Source: Candidatus Hydrogenedentota bacterium
GTDB lineage: Bacteria; Hydrogenedentota; Hydrogenedentia; Hydrogenedentales; SLHB01
DNA length: 64,000 bases
Reading direction: 5' to 3'
NCBI GenBank assembly: GCA_045863335.1
Contig: BTVY01000015.1
Coordinates: 53,511-117,510, forward strand
Of this stretch, positions 63,283 through 64,000 are shown piece after piece. The notes under the pieces are model-generated. The model had not been told where the DNA came from, searched no databases, and saw only the letters and a program-made list of their open reading frames with translations. The translations under genes and the position numbers were made by a program. Positions within the stretch are counted from its first letter, which is position 1, and each line of letters opens with the position of its first letter.

Positions 63283-63774
63283 CTATCCCCCTACCGCTTG
63301 CAGGGCGGTGGGCGATTCCTCGCTGAACGCGTAGAATCGAGTGCCCTCCCCGATGATTACATGGTCGTGGACCTTGATTCCGAGCATGGATCCCGATTCC
63401 GCAAGGCGGGTCGTGAGCGATTGATCGTCCCTGCTCGGGGTCGGGTCCCCGCTCGGGTGGTTGTGGCACAGAATGACGGATGCGGCGTTGCTCAGGATCG
63501 CGGGTTTGAACACTTCCCGCGGCATGGCGATCGTCGCGTCAATCGATCCGATACTGACGGTGTGAATGCCGATCACGTGTAGCTTGGTGTTCAACATCAT
63601 CACGCAAAAGTGCTCCCGGTCCACTTCTCCGAGAAACTCCCGGAAGATGTGCGCGGCCATCCACGGGGCGCGTATCTGCTTGTCGTCGGCCTTCTGGCTA
63701 CCGTCGCGGACAAGCGCCACGCGGTAGATCGGGATGCGGTACTTCTTCGATGGGGAAACGGTTGCATCTGTCAT
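63283..63774 (-). CDS. radC: RadC/JAB domain protein (MGE-type, no HhH N-terminus)
   Basis: REHF, PREVFK.A, HNHPSGDPTPSRDD, DHVIIG. Confidence 0.9.
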   Translation of the reverse strand: MTDATVSPSKKYRIPIYRVALVRDGSQKADDKQIRAPWMAAHIFREFLGEVDREHFCVMMLNTKLHVIGIHTVSIGSIDATIAMPREVFKPAILSNAASVILCHNHPSGDPTPSRDDQSLTTRLAESGSMLGIKVHDHVIIGEGTRFYAFSEESPTALQAVGG

Positions 63775-64000
63775 GACGCGATCCCCCCATCGTGCAATTC
63801 ATTCGCGTCCAGCCATTTGACGGATGCGGGGACATGGAAGATCCGGTACTTGTTCTCTGGCGGTAGTGCCCGGTGCTTGAATTCGTGCACGTATTGGCCG
63901 GAGTCAAGGCGCCAGGTCCCCATGTACATCCACCATTCGCTAAACTGCGGGTTGTAGCACTCCGTATCTCCGAACACCATGCGGACGTGGTTCCACGCGC
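63771..64000 (-). CDS. Hypothetical protein, probably truncated by the window end
   Basis: Frame is open from beyond 63980 to the window edge; ATGA overlap with radC. Confidence 0.55.
   Translation of the reverse strand, partial: AWNHVRMVFGDTECYNPQFSEWWMYMGTWRLDSGQYVHEFKHRALPPENKYRIFHVPASVKWLDANELHDGGIAS

Larger units (their letters stand above)
60819..64000. mobile_element. Edge of a tRNA-Pro-integrated genomic island/prophage-like element
   Basis: att fragment followed by phage-type small ORFs, a tyrosine recombinase and RadC; extends beyond the window. Confidence 0.8.

Overview
GC-rich bacterial chromosomal segment. It is probably Candidatus Hydrogenedentes or a related PVC-like lineage (inference from the DUF1559 protein carrying [18 protein letters not shown]...[15 protein letters not shown], and the many Tat-exported sugar enzymes). 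Most of the window is accessory carbohydrate catabolism: four sodium:solute symporters, five Tat substrates (three Gfo/Idh/MocA, one TIM-barrel isomerase, one DegT aminotransferase), heparinase-, sialidase- and GH-like secreted proteins, a pentaheme cytochrome operon and peptidases, with a few housekeeping genes (proC, araB, mtgA). Several families of REP/MITE-like palindromic repeats fill the intergenic gaps, including a three-layer nested element at 50.3-50.8 kb whose empty form is at 55.8 kb. From about 60.8 kb to the window end lies the edge of an element integrated at tRNA-Pro(GGG), with a displaced tRNA 3' fragment, phased short repeats, a Cre-like tyrosine recombinase and RadC. Best novelty candidates: an SSS + micro-protein + twin paralogous secreted protein operon (12.5-18.3 kb), a Tat-exported aminotransferase pathway (25-30.5 kb), a homopolymer-frameshifted DUF1559 gene heading a possibly metal-regulated operon, and the nested repeat. 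No CRISPR array or rRNA was seen.
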